Part shown: positions 19,253 to 28,824 of the stretch, one piece after another
How positions within the stretch are numbered: position 1 is the first letter of the stretch
Layout of the letters: every line of letters begins with the position of its first letter
NCBI GenBank assembly: GCA_007375675.1
Contig: VMEU01000001.1
Span: forward strand, 40,458-104,457
DNA length: 64,000 bases
Direction of reading: 5' to 3'
DNA from: Parcubacteria group bacterium Greene0416_39
Lineage (GTDB): Bacteria; Patescibacteriota; Minisyncoccia; Minisyncoccales; UBA10102
Made by a program: the position numbers and the translations under genes
The notes under the pieces: model-generated
The model's database searches: none
Seen by the model: only the letters and a program-made list of their open reading frames with translations
Told to the model about the DNA's origin: nothing

Positions 19253-19268
19253 ATACAATATATTGGAT
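19253..19268 (+). promoter_or_regulatory. NrdR box
   Basis: ATACAATATATTGGAT fits the acaCwAtATaTwGtgt core, 9 nt upstream of nrdR ATG. Confidence 0.65.
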
Positions 19269-19277
19269 AGTTGGAAC

Positions 19278-19730
19278 ATGAATTGCCCAATGTGTCAAAG
19301 TTCTTCAAAGGTTATAAACTCCAGGAGCGCAGACCATGGGAAAACCGTAAAAAGGCGCAGGGTTTGCATGAAATGCGCCAGGAGATTCACCACATATGAG
19401 CGCATAGAGCTTGTAAATGTCACGGTCTTAAAGCGCAGCGGGGCAAAAGAGCCTTACATGCGCCACAAGCTTCAGCTTGGGATGAGAAAGGCCTTGGAGA
19501 AGAGGCCGTATACCGAGCAGCAATTTGAAAGATTGGTCTCTGGGGCAGAAAATGATATTTTTAACAGGGAACACGATGTCATCTCTTCCGAACAAATTGG
19601 CCAGATTGTTCTTGCGCATTTGAAAGTATTTGATAAGGTTGCCTATCTGCGTTTTGCTTCCGTGTACCGGAGATTTGGGAGCACGAAAGCGTTTGAAAAA
19701 GAGATTGAAAAACTCGAAAAGGGAAAATGA
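19278..19730 (+). CDS. nrdR: Transcriptional repressor NrdR
   Basis: MNCPMC..RRRVC..C..RFTTYER, ATP cone, VAYLRFASVY. Confidence 0.95.
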   Translation: MNCPMCQSSSKVINSRSADHGKTVKRRRVCMKCARRFTTYERIELVNVTVLKRSGAKEPYMRHKLQLGMRKALEKRPYTEQQFERLVSGAENDIFNREHDVISSEQIGQIVLAHLKVFDKVAYLRFASVYRRFGSTKAFEKEIEKLEKGK

Positions 19731-22700
19731 CTTCCATGCAAAAAAATCTTCTTGTACTCTCAAACAAAGAAAAGGGCGCGGTGAACGCCAGATTTTCTGA
19801 AAATGCTCTCAAGATGCTGCGCAAGCGCTATCTTGCTGTTGACGAGAAGGGAGTGCAGGAAACTGCAGCCGATATGTTTGCAAGAGTCGCAAGCGCGTTG
19901 GCAGCAGTGGAGAAAAACTACGGCAAGAAAGAACAGGATGTTAAAAAAGTCGCGCGGGATTTTTTTAACATCATGTCAACAAAAGAATACACTCCTGCGG
20001 GCCGCACGATCACCAATGGAGGAGGCGAAACCCCGGTTATTGCAAACTGCGTTGTCTTGCCTATTCATGATTCTATGGAGAGCATTTTTCAAACCCTCAA
20101 AGACGCGGCCTTGCTGCAGCAGGCAGGTTGCGGCCTTGGCTTTGATCTTTCTGAAATGCGGCCTGCTGACTTCCCTACAAGAAAATCTAGAGGGAGAGCT
20201 TCGGGTCCCGTTACTTTTTTGAAGGTGTATGACTATGCGTTTGGAACCATTAAGCAGCAGGGCAGGCACGGCGCGAATATGTCAATGATGAGGGTAGATC
20301 ACCCAGATGTTTTGGATTTTATTCATTGCAAAGAAGTGGAGGGTGAAATCCACAACTTCAACATTTCAGTCACCGTCACAGACGAGTTCATGGAACAGTT
20401 AGAGAAGAACCCCAACAAGCAGTGGTGGTGCGTATTCAATAACAAGAAATATAAGCCCAGAAAAGTGTTGCGCCATCCCAATGGGAGTGTGTACGGAACA
20501 GAGGAGGTAGATATTAGCGCAAAAGAGGTTTTTGACGAGTTGGTGAAAGGAGCGTGGACAAACGGAGAACCTGGCATTGCGTTTATTGACACGGTGAACA
20601 AAACCAATCCGCTTCCAGGTCTTGGCCCAATCGCAACGTCTAACCCGTGCGTGACAGGAGATACTCTCATACCCACTGAGCAAGGTTTTCTGACAATGGA
20701 GGAGCTCGTAGAGAGGTATGGCAAGGGCGGTGTCAAAATCGCAATCGATGTTCGTGTTCCCAAAACCATTGCCACTTCTCTTGTTGTGGAAAGTCTTATT
20801 GGCAATGGAGGAGAAGAAACAGTTCCTGTGCTGAATCTTTCGTTGTATGGAGAAGAAGGAGTGGGAGAAGTATCTAAAGCATGGAAGACAGGGGTGAAAG
20901 CAGTGTATAAGCTTACGACTCGTTCTGGCTACGAACTTGAAGCAACCGCGGAGCATGAAATTTTTACACCAAAAGGAAAGGTTCCTCTTGGGGAACTTCA
21001 GAAAGGAGATACGTTACTTCTTCAGTCGCGAGAAGGTCTTTGGAGCAACGAAGCGAAATTGCCCTTTACGTTTTCTAACGAGGTTCGAGGACGAAATGGC
21101 CACACGTATCGGTATAACTTTCCGACTGAATGGAGTCAACAGCTCGGGCAAGCCTTAGGATGGCTTATCGGAGACGGCTGGATACGAGAAAAACCAAAAC
21201 AAAACTGCGTAGGTTTTACCTTTGCAGAGGAAGATAAAAAAGTTTTACTGTATCTCAAAGAGATTTTAAACAAGTGGTATCGCAATAGCACTTCTCAAGA
21301 AATCAAAAGGCACAACGGAGTGTACCATTTAGTGTATGGTTCGAAAGATTTTATGCAATATATGAAGAACTTGGGAGTGAAAGCGGTACGTGCCCAAGGG
21401 AAAGAGGTGCCCTCTACTTTATGGAAAGCACCTAGAGAAGCAGTCATCGGATTTCTTCAGGGACTTTTTAGTTCCGACGGGACCATTAATATTTTTGAAC
21501 CAAATCAAACTCGGTATATCCGTCTCACCTCCAAGTCTGAGAAACTCCTCAAGGGAGTACAGCTCTTGCTACTGAATCTTGGCATTCGTTCAACCGTATA
21601 CAATAGAAGTAGGAAACCGAGTATGAAACTTGGATACCCCAACGACGGCGTACTCTTTGAGTTGCAGATTACGAAGACGAACATTCCGATATTCCTTAAG
21701 AAGATCGGATTTCTTGGAACCCATTACACAAAGAAAGCAGAGATACTTAGAACGTGCTCCTACTATCGAGAAACCTTTGAAGACAAGGTGAAAGAAATTC
21801 GGTTTGTTGGAACAAAGAAGGTGTATGACCTTACAGAATCCCTCTCCCATTCTTTGGTTGCAAATGGAATTGTCATATCAAATTGCGGCGAACAATATTT
21901 GCATCCGTATGACAACTGCAACTTGGGATCCATTAATCTTGCGGCATTTGTAAAACAGGGAAAAGTGGATTGGGCAAGACTCCGTTTTGTCACGAGAACC
22001 GCAACACGGCTCATGGACAATGTGATAGACGTTTTTGACTTTCCCGTAAAAGAAGTGACTGACTTAGCCAAGAATAACAGGAGGATTGGCTTGGGCATCA
22101 TGGGTTTTGCTGATATGCTCTATCAGCTTGGGGTGCGCTATGATTCCAAACAAGGATTTGCGTTAGGAGAAAAAGTTATGGGCTTTATTACTAATGAGGC
22201 CCATACAATGTCTGAGGAGTTGGCAAAAGAAAAAGGCGCATTTCCTAACATTGCAAAGAGCGTGTTTGCCAGATCCAAGAAAAAGATGCGCAACGCTGCC
22301 CTTACCACGGTTGCTCCCACAGGTTCTATCTCCATGATGTTTGACTGTTCTTCTGGCATTGAACCAAACTTTGCTCTTTCTTATGTGAAACAAGACAAAG
22401 ACGGCGTCCAATACCACTACCTTAACAAATACTTTGAGGAAGCGGTTGCCAAGTTGAAGCTTGCGGCAAAAGAAAAAGACGAGATTCTCCAGGAGGTTGT
22501 GGGAAAGGGGACCATACAGCATATTGGAAAGCTTCCAAAGGCATTGCGGGATACGTTCGTGATCTCCATGGATATTGTGGGACTTGACCATATGAAAATG
22601 CAGGCTGCGTTTCAGAAGCACGTTGATAACTCTATTTCCAAAACCGTCAACTTCCCAAATTCTGCGACCAGAGAAGATGTTGCCGGAAGTTTTGTAGCGG

Positions 22701-23377
22701 CTTGGAAGTTAGGGTGCAAATCAGCAACCGTGTATCGTGAAGGAAGCAGGGTGGTGCAGATTCTCAACCTTGGCACTGGAGAAAACCTTATTGCTCCCAC
22801 TGCGCTTGGAGTTGGGAAAGACAGCATAGAGAAACTCGACTTGCGCATGGACCAGCAACGTTTGGCCTCAAGGCCAAGGCCAGAGGTGATGACAGGCAAA
22901 ACCTACCGTGTGAAAACAGGGTACGGGAATCTATACGTTACCGTGAACAACGATGAAAAAGGAGTGCCTTTTGAGGTTTTTGCAACCATTGGGAAAAATG
23001 GAGGGTTTTTCCAGGAACAGTCAGAGGCCATATGCAGAATGATCTCTCTTGTGTTAAGAACAGGGGTAAAAATTGAAGAAGTGGTGGAGCAACTAAAGGG
23101 CATTAGAGGGCCAATGCCCATATTCACAGACAAAGGCACTATTCTTTCTCTGCCTGACGCCTTAGGCCGTATTCTTGAAGACCACGTGAAGTTTGCTCCA
23201 AGAGTGGAAGAAGCAGTTGCGAGGCCCGAGAGACAGGAAGTACTTCCTTTTATAGAAAAAAAACAGACCATTGCTGAAATGGGTTTTATGCCAGGATGCC
23301 CTGACTGCGGCTCCCCTTTACTGATGTCTGAAGGATGCATTAGCTGCAAGGAGTGCGGATTTAGCCGCTGTATGTAA
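19727..23377 (+). CDS. nrdJ: Class II (AdoCbl-dependent) ribonucleotide reductase with intein
   Basis: LRKRYL, QQGRHGANM, NP/CGEQ, CNLGSINL, APTGSIS, C-terminal TSCPD-like domain and Zn ribbon. Confidence 0.93.
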   Translation: MTSMQKNLLVLSNKEKGAVNARFSENALKMLRKRYLAVDEKGVQETAADMFARVASALAAVEKNYGKKEQDVKKVARDFFNIMSTKEYTPAGRTITNGGGETPVIANCVVLPIHDSMESIFQTLKDAALLQQAGCGLGFDLSEMRPADFPTRKSRGRASGPVTFLKVYDYAFGTIKQQGRHGANMSMMRVDHPDVLDFIHCKEVEGEIHNFNISVTVTDEFMEQLEKNPNKQWWCVFNNKKYKPRKVLRHPNGSVYGTEEVDISAKEVFDELVKGAWTNGEPGIAFIDTVNKTNPLPGLGPIATSNPCVTGDTLIPTEQGFLTMEELVERYGKGGVKIAIDVRVPKTIATSLVVESLIGNGGEETVPVLNLSLYGEEGVGEVSKAWKTGVKAVYKLTTRSGYELEATAEHEIFTPKGKVPLGELQKGDTLLLQSREGLWSNEAKLPFTFSNEVRGRNGHTYRYNFPTEWSQQLGQALGWLIGDGWIREKPKQNCVGFTFAEEDKKVLLYLKEILNKWYRNSTSQEIKRHNGVYHLVYGSKDFMQYMKNLGVKAVRAQGKEVPSTLWKAPREAVIGFLQGLFSSDGTINIFEPNQTRYIRLTSKSEKLLKGVQLLLLNLGIRSTVYNRSRKPSMKLGYPNDGVLFELQITKTNIPIFLKKIGFLGTHYTKKAEILRTCSYYRETFEDKVKEIRFVGTKKVYDLTESLSHSLVANGIVISNCGEQYLHPYDNCNLGSINLAAFVKQGKVDWARLRFVTRTATRLMDNVIDVFDFPVKEVTDLAKNNRRIGLGIMGFADMLYQLGVRYDSKQGFALGEKVMGFITNEAHTMSEELAKEKGAFPNIAKSVFARSKKKMRNAALTTVAPTGSISMMFDCSSGIEPNFALSYVKQDKDGVQYHYLNKYFEEAVAKLKLAAKEKDEILQEVVGKGTIQHIGKLPKALRDTFVISMDIVGLDHMKMQAAFQKHVDNSISKTVNFPNSATREDVAGSFVAAWKLGCKSATVYREGSRVVQILNLGTGENLIAPTALGVGKDSIEKLDLRMDQQRLASRPRPEVMTGKTYRVKTGYGNLYVTVNNDEKGVPFEVFATIGKNGGFFQEQSEAICRMISLVLRTGVKIEEVVEQLKGIRGPMPIFTDKGTILSLPDALGRILEDHVKFAPRVEEAVARPERQEVLPFIEKKQTIAEMGFMPGCPDCGSPLLMSEGCISCKECGFSRCM
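20648..21883 (+). mobile_element. Intein (412 aa) with LAGLIDADG endonuclease in NrdJ
   Basis: SNP|CVTGDT...VYDLT..NGIVISN|CGEQ; motifs LGWLIGDG and FLQGLFSSDG. Confidence 0.93.
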
Positions 23378-23379
23378 AA

Positions 23380-23460
23380 TAATGCGAATCTACAAATCCA
23401 TGCGAATGTACAAATCTATTATATTCGCGGCATTCGCACATCATTTGTAGATTTGCATTA
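23380..23460. repeat. 80-bp palindromic intergenic element, copy 1
   Basis: taatgcgaatctacaaat...atttgtagatttgcatta. Confidence 0.85.
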
Positions 23461-24029
23461 TGCTATTCTATACGGGCAAAGGAGACAAGGGGAGTTCTGT
23501 TATCGGGAAAAAGAAGTTTCCCAAAGATTCTCCTGTGCCCGAGGTCTTAGGCGAGCTCGACGAACTAAACAGCTTGATAGGACTTTTCAAAAGTACTGAA
23601 AAAGGGAAACCATTTTTTTTAAAACTTACCAAGGTTCAGGAGACTCTCTTTATCATTCAAGCGAGAATAGCGTGGATTCTCTATCCAAAATTCTCCTCTC
23701 CCCAGGTCTTAGGAGAAAAAATAAAGGAGCTTGAAAAAGAGATTGAGAGAGCTGAAAAAACAATACATCCTGAGCGCGGTTTTGTGATTTCTGGAACCAA
23801 TGAAACTTCCTCATGGCTTGATTATCTGCGGGCCGTAGCGAGAAGAGTGGAAAGGAGGGCGTATACTCTTTCCCGCCTTCGCCAAGGCTACGGCGGGCAG
23901 GCCAAAAAATATGCAGTTCCAAAAGAAATACTTGCGTATCTCAACCGGCTTTCAAGTTATCTGTACGCTTTAGCTCGGCTTGAGATTCACAAGAAAAAAC
24001 TCAAAGAACCAAAACCAAGTTATAAATAA
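23460..24029 (+). CDS. pduO: Cob(I)alamin adenosyltransferase, PduO type
   Basis: YTGKGDKG, GELDELNS, RAVARRVER, YLNRLS. Confidence 0.88.
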   Translation: MLFYTGKGDKGSSVIGKKKFPKDSPVPEVLGELDELNSLIGLFKSTEKGKPFFLKLTKVQETLFIIQARIAWILYPKFSSPQVLGEKIKELEKEIERAEKTIHPERGFVISGTNETSSWLDYLRAVARRVERRAYTLSRLRQGYGGQAKKYAVPKEILAYLNRLSSYLYALARLEIHKKKLKEPKPSYK

Positions 24030-24109
24030 TAATGCAAATCCACAAATGACTGCGAATGTACAAATACGAGTATTCGCGGCATTCGCATATTATTCGTAGA
24101 TTCGCATTT
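24030..24109. repeat. 80-bp palindromic intergenic element, copy 2
   Basis: Near-identical to 60693-60772. Confidence 0.85.
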
Positions 24110-24113
24110 TACT

Positions 24114-24650
24114 ATGAACCGCACCCTTTTTGCCTTCCTTTTACTTATAGCAATCGGCACTATCACAGTAAGACTTCTCCCTCATATGCCAAACTTTACT
24201 CCCATGGGGGCGCTTGCGCTTTTTGTTGGGGTATACCTCGCAAAGGCTCACAAAGCCGCTCTGTTACTCCCGTTGCTTGCGATGTTCTTATCCGATCTTT
24301 TCATTGGATTCTACGATGCAAAGCTTATGGCAGTGGTGTACGGAAGCTTTCTATCTTATGGCGTTATTGGAATGTTGGTTGTCAAACAAAAAAACGCTCA
24401 AACAGTTTTGCTCGGCAGCATTGGAGGAGCAGTGATATTCTACCTTACAACAAACTTTGCCGTATGGGCGTTTTCCAGCTGGTATCCCCATACGCTTTCA
24501 GGCTTGATGCTTTCTTACACGCTCGCGCTTCCTTTTTTCAAGTATACCCTGTTGGGGGATGTGTTTTTCTCCGCGCTTTTCTTTGGCGCGTACGAGTTTG
24601 CGAAGACGTACATGGTACAGCGCGAAGCGAAGATCGCGGTGGTTCCTTAG
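24114..24650 (+). CDS. DUF6580-like membrane protein (putative ECF-type/cobalamin uptake)
   Basis: RLLPHMPNFTP.GALALF, SD..IGFY, TNFAVW, YP, ALPFF. Confidence 0.75.
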   Translation: MNRTLFAFLLLIAIGTITVRLLPHMPNFTPMGALALFVGVYLAKAHKAALLLPLLAMFLSDLFIGFYDAKLMAVVYGSFLSYGVIGMLVVKQKNAQTVLLGSIGGAVIFYLTTNFAVWAFSSWYPHTLSGLMLSYTLALPFFKYTLLGDVFFSALFFGAYEFAKTYMVQREAKIAVVP

Positions 24651-24667
24651 GAGCGGGATAATAGTAG

Positions 24668-25876
24668 ATGAAGACAGTCAAGTCTTTTGTAAAAGAATCT
24701 CTTGAGTATTCATTTTTTGGGACGCAAAGGTTCGCCATTGAAGCGCTCACGAAAACTCAGTCTCAGCAATGGCACAGGTTTGATATTTTGCGCAGGCTGA
24801 GCCTGAACCTTATTTTCCTTGGAATTTACGGATTCATCGTATGGCAGACATTCCAAGGGAAATTTACCTTAGGAGAAATGACCCTGCTCATTCAGCTTGC
24901 AACACAAACGCAGTTTCCCTTGTTTGCCTCCTCCTTTATTGTTGAACAAGTTCAAAAAGCTCAAACAGGGAGTAAAGACTTTTTTGAAACTCTCGCGTTA
25001 GAGCCTGCCATTAAAGACAGACCTAAGGCAAAAGAGCTGCAGGTTGTGAAGGGCAAAGTGGAGTATCAAAACGTGTCATTTCAATACGAAAAGGGCGCAA
25101 CAGTTTTGCAGAGAATATCTTTTGCCATACCTCCTGGAACAAAGCTCGCTTTGGTAGGAGAAAGCGGAGAAGGGAAAACCACCATCGCAAACCTTCTCCT
25201 GCGCTTGTACGAGCCCTTTGAGGGCGAGATCCTTATTGACGGCATGAATATTAAAGAAGTAACCCAATCCTCTCTGCGAAAGAATATTGCGGTTGTATTT
25301 CAATCTCCCTCTTTATTTTCAGGCACTGTCCGAGAAAGTATTGCGTATGGCACAGACGAGGCAATAGAAGACAAGATCGTGCGCGCCGCAAAAGCGGCAA
25401 ATGCCCACGACTTTATCATGAAGCTTCCTCAAGGGTATGACACCTTGATTGGAGAACGGGGAGTAAAGCTGTCAGGAGGGCAGCAGCAAAGAGTCGCCAT
25501 TGCAAGAGCAGTGTTGAAAAACGCCCCACTATTGATTCTGGACGAAGCAACAAGTTCTTTGGACAGCAGGTCAGAGAGAGAAGTCCAAGGAGCATTGGAA
25601 GTGTTGATGCAGGGCCGCACCACTCTTATTATCGCGCACCGCCTCTCAACCATTCAAAACGTAGACACTATTGTTACCCTCAAAGAGGGGAGGGTAGATG
25701 AAATAGGAACGCCCGGGGAGTTGGCCTCAACAAAGGGCATTTACGCGCAACTGCTTTCGCTCCAGCAAATGCCTTTGCTTTTGAGGAAACAAAAACTCAA
25801 GCAGTACGACATTGAGAGCGGGCCGCCCTCGCCCAAAGGGCGGGGCGAGCCTCGCTCAAATTTCGCAGAAATTTGA
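24668..25876 (+). CDS. ABC exporter half-transporter, N-terminally truncated (possible pseudogene)
   Basis: GESGEGKT, LSGGQQQR, LILDEATS, IAHRLST; only the last TM helices present. Confidence 0.75.
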   Translation: MKTVKSFVKESLEYSFFGTQRFAIEALTKTQSQQWHRFDILRRLSLNLIFLGIYGFIVWQTFQGKFTLGEMTLLIQLATQTQFPLFASSFIVEQVQKAQTGSKDFFETLALEPAIKDRPKAKELQVVKGKVEYQNVSFQYEKGATVLQRISFAIPPGTKLALVGESGEGKTTIANLLLRLYEPFEGEILIDGMNIKEVTQSSLRKNIAVVFQSPSLFSGTVRESIAYGTDEAIEDKIVRAAKAANAHDFIMKLPQGYDTLIGERGVKLSGGQQQRVAIARAVLKNAPLLILDEATSSLDSRSEREVQGALEVLMQGRTTLIIAHRLSTIQNVDTIVTLKEGRVDEIGTPGELASTKGIYAQLLSLQQMPLLLRKQKLKQYDIESGPPSPKGRGEPRSNFAEI

Positions 25877-25946
25877 GCGGGTGATGGGAATCGAACCCAC
25901 GTGCCTTGATTGGCAACCAAGTGTACTGCCATTGTACTACACCCGC
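25876..25946 (-). tRNA. tRNA-Gly(GCC)
   Basis: GCGGGTG...CACCCGCT, loop TT-GCC-AA. Confidence 0.92.
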
Positions 25947-25969
25947 ACTTCGGCCTTCTGGCCTCAGTG

Positions 25970-26251
25970 TGCCGCGGGGGTGAATTGAACACCCGACGCC
26001 AGCCTCTTCCAAAGGCCGTTTTGGACTATCTCATCTCCCTTGAAAGGGAGTTGGGCGCTATTTGCAGGATTATTGTTGGGACTCACCCGCTAGTCTCTAC
26101 ACCTTCCGAGAAACTACTACCCTTCTCGGCTTGGCTCGGGATTGATCGTCCCAGACGATTTTTCCCCGAATTCACCCAATTTTTCAATCCGCCTTACGAC
26201 GGAAAGCCCCAAAGAGTTTAGGGCTGCGCTCTACCACTGAGCTACCGCGGC
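25970..26251 (-). tRNA. tRNA-Phe(GAA) interrupted by intron (exons 26251-26220 and 26009-25970)
   Basis: Joined exons give GCCGCGG..CAGCC-CT^GAAGA-GGCTG..CCGCGGCA. Confidence 0.9.
26010..26219 (-). mobile_element. Group I intron, 210 nt, no ORF
   Basis: 5' exon ends in U33, intron ends in G; core motifs GAATTCGGGGAA (P), AATCCCGAGC (Q), GTAGAGACTA (R), GAGATAGTCC (S). Confidence 0.88.
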
Positions 26252-26261
26252 ATCTGACAGT

Positions 26262-26960
26262 TTATGCAAAGAGCTGCTTTATGCCCTCTATCCATCCCAT
26301 AATCCGGTGGAAATTCTGTGTATCTCCTACACTAATCTGAATTGTCCCAAATGGCAAGCGGTTGTAAGGTCTTTTCCCCAAGCTCGATTTACTAATTCCG
26401 TAGTAAACTTTCTCAAATTGATTTTTAGGTAACCCAGTAATCTCTTGCCAATATTTTAATGCTGTTTGTTCGTTAGTATGTTTAAATATTCTTACGCCTG
26501 CTCTTACTCTAGATTCGGGTATTTTTAAGATGTTCTTTAAAAACTCTAGGAATACTTTAACCAGTATAGGGTCTGTATTACTTAAACTAATCTTATGGTA
26601 GGTACGCTCTTTTCCATTTTTGATTATTGGCTTTTTATATCCTTCTCCCCAGTAAAGCGCAGTTCCTATTAATAAAAGTTCTCTTTGCGACAGTTTTTTG
26701 ATTACTAACTTTGCATCTTTGCGTATTTGTTTTGCTTGCTGTTGGGCTAAGTGAGTTTGAAGTTGATTTTTCTTTATTAATCCTCTTAGAGATCCTTCGT
26801 GAACCCGCCGCTGAATTCTCGCATGAGCTTTTTCTGATAAAACAAGTCCGGTAAACCAGCCCGAAAGCGTAGCTTTCGGAATTCCAAGCTTGGTTGTAAT
26901 CTCGTTATAGCTATACCCCTGAAGACGTAGCGAGAGCGCCTTTTCCTTATCACTGCGCAT
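26262..26960 (-). CDS. HTH plus degenerate LAGLIDADG-like protein
   Basis: N-terminal HTH (GYSYNEI..LGIPKATLSGW), IGTALYWGEG..SNTDP; AT-rich. Confidence 0.65.
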   Translation of the reverse strand: MRSDKEKALSLRLQGYSYNEITTKLGIPKATLSGWFTGLVLSEKAHARIQRRVHEGSLRGLIKKNQLQTHLAQQQAKQIRKDAKLVIKKLSQRELLLIGTALYWGEGYKKPIIKNGKERTYHKISLSNTDPILVKVFLEFLKNILKIPESRVRAGVRIFKHTNEQTALKYWQEITGLPKNQFEKVYYGISKSSLGKRPYNRLPFGTIQISVGDTQNFHRIMGWIEGIKQLFA

Positions 26961-26991
26961 TACATATACTATAGCACAGCCAGTTCAGGTT

Positions 26992-27447
26992 TCAATATGG
27001 ATAACCCTGGAAGTAGTATTGCACCGCTTCCTTATAGGTATTTTCAAACTCTATACTATCAACTTCTTCTTTTGTTATCCACTTGAAAGCCTGATGTTCC
27101 GGGCTCAGCTGTATTTCTCCTTTTTGATAAGCACATTGAAAACCTACAAGGAAAATACAAAAATCGTTATCCCTGTACTGTGATTTTGTATCTTTAATAG
27201 GGTCAGGTTTTCGAATCCACGCGTGAAAGATTGGGCCAATTTCGTATTGCAGCGCCTCCCCTAATTCTTCTTTTGCTTCCCGCGCCAAGATTTCCCGCAA
27301 ATCTTTATGGATTTCTGATTTTTCCGTTCTGCCCCCAGGGAGCTCCCAAAGCCCTTCAGTATCTTGAAGGATCAAAAGTTTCTCGCCGTCTGCTATAAAG
27401 GCTTTCAGGCCGACATGGAAGGTTTGGTGTTCCCGTTTTTCTGGCAT
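26992..27447 (-). CDS. NUDIX hydrolase
   Basis: WELPGG..E....LAREAKEELG; LSPEH..FKW. Confidence 0.88.
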   Translation of the reverse strand: MPEKREHQTFHVGLKAFIADGEKLLILQDTEGLWELPGGRTEKSEIHKDLREILAREAKEELGEALQYEIGPIFHAWIRKPDPIKDTKSQYRDNDFCIFLVGFQCAYQKGEIQLSPEHQAFKWITKEEVDSIEFENTYKEAVQYYFQGYPY

Positions 27448-27454
27448 GGTATTT

Positions 27455-27529
27455 TGGTGGGCAGCAGAGGATTCGAACCTCTAACCCCCGCGATGTAAAC
27501 GCGATGCTCTGCCGTTGAGCTAGCTGCCC
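27455..27529 (-). tRNA. tRNA-Val(TAC)
   Basis: Loop TT-TAC-AT, CCA. Confidence 0.93.
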
Positions 27530-27542
27530 CAATTCTGGTGGG

Positions 27543-27625
27543 TGCGCGGGAGAGGATTTGAACCTCCAAGCCTTGCGGCACTAGGCCCTCGACCTAGCGT
27601 GTTTACCGGGTTTCACCACCCGCGC
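27543..27625 (-). tRNA. tRNA-Leu(GAG)
   Basis: CTAGG-TCGAGGG-CCTAG, long variable arm. Confidence 0.9.
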
Positions 27626-27630
27626 GTGCT

Positions 27631-28089
27631 CTACTTTGGAGGGTACAGTACTGTACCCTCCTTTGCTGGTTCCCCGCCCGCCTCACCCGCCAACATCTCC
27701 GAAGTTGTGGCGGGTTGGGCGGGTTCTGCCACTGCAATTCCTAATTCTTTTGCCTTGAGCTTTGCCCTCTTGCCTTTAGCTGTTCGCAAGTAGAAAAGCT
27801 TTGCCCTCCTCACTTTTGCGTGTTTCACCAGCTCAATTTTCTCAATGAGAGGGGAGTGGAGAGGGAAAATTCTTTCCACTCCTACGCCTTCAGCAACCTT
27901 TCTCACGGTTATGGTTCCTTGTATTCCTTTGCCGTGTTTGGCCGCAAGCACAAGGCCCTCAAATACCTGGATTCTTTCTTTATCTGTCTCTTTTACTTTT
28001 TGGTGCACCCTAACTATGTCGCCAGGCCGGACTTCAAGGAGGTCTTTTCTCAAATACTGTTGTTTGAATGTTTCAAGTTTAGTGGTCAT
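27631..28089 (-). CDS. rplS: 50S ribosomal protein L19
   Basis: RPGDIVRVH..KERIQVFEG..GVERIFPLHSP..KVRRAKLFYLR. Confidence 0.96.
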   Translation of the reverse strand: MTTKLETFKQQYLRKDLLEVRPGDIVRVHQKVKETDKERIQVFEGLVLAAKHGKGIQGTITVRKVAEGVGVERIFPLHSPLIEKIELVKHAKVRRAKLFYLRTAKGKRAKLKAKELGIAVAEPAQPATTSEMLAGEAGGEPAKEGTVLYPPK

Positions 28090-28744
28090 AGTTTTGTGTG
28101 TTACGAGATACAAGATTCTCTAAAACTTTCTGTAAATCTTGGGGCAGTTCTGACTTAAACTCTTTTTTACTTCCATCTCTCATACCTATCTTCAAGAAGG
28201 TTGCGTGGAGAAACTGCCGCTTGAGGCCTTGAGGGATGCTTTGGCCCTTGAAAGCGTAGAGTTTATCTCCTGCAATGGGGTGGCCAATGTGCGCAAGATG
28301 CGCTCTAATCTGGTGCTTTCTCCCGGTCTTTGGCGTTACCTCCAAGAGGGTGTATTTTTCAAAGCGCTGAAGAACCTCAAAGGAGCTTATAGCTTCTCGT
28401 TTCCCTTCAGATCCCGGTTCTCCTGCAAGATATACTTTTTGTTTCCTCTTGTCTCCCTTTGACCTTCCTACCAATGTTTCAATTGTTCCCTTGTTTTCCT
28501 TGACGTTGCCTTCCACAAGACAAACGTATTTTTTCTCCACCTTCCTTTGCTGGAATTGTTTTTGGAGAAAATCAAGAGTTTCTGGATTTTTGGCGACAAG
28601 GAGAACCCCTGAAGTATCCTTGTCGAGCCGGTGAGCTGGAAAGGAACCCTTCGGCAAGGCATTCTTGATCCCCTCAATATCAATACCAGCCGGCTTATCT
28701 ACAACCAGTAGCGTATCATCTTCATAGAGAATTTTCAAGTTCAT
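28079..28744 (-). CDS. RluA family pseudouridine synthase
   Basis: ILYED..VDKPAG, HRLDKDTSG, TGRKHQIRAH, GD.LY, LHA. Confidence 0.92.
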   Translation of the reverse strand: MNLKILYEDDTLLVVDKPAGIDIEGIKNALPKGSFPAHRLDKDTSGVLLVAKNPETLDFLQKQFQQRKVEKKYVCLVEGNVKENKGTIETLVGRSKGDKRKQKVYLAGEPGSEGKREAISSFEVLQRFEKYTLLEVTPKTGRKHQIRAHLAHIGHPIAGDKLYAFKGQSIPQGLKRQFLHATFLKIGMRDGSKKEFKSELPQDLQKVLENLVSRNTQNYDH

Positions 28745-28746
28745 GA

Positions 28747-28823
28747 TGGTGGACGCACCCCGGCTCGAACGGGGGACCTTCACAATGTCAATGTGACGCT
28801 CTAACCAGCTGAGCTATGCGTCC
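28747..28823 (-). tRNA. tRNA-Val(GAC)
   Basis: Loop TT-GAC-AT, CCA. Confidence 0.93.
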
Positions 28824-28824
28824 A

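Noticed and set aside
24056-24661. 201-aa ORF overlapping the DUF6580-like gene
   Set aside because: Alternative frame starting inside the 80-bp repeat; the other frame carries the family motifs
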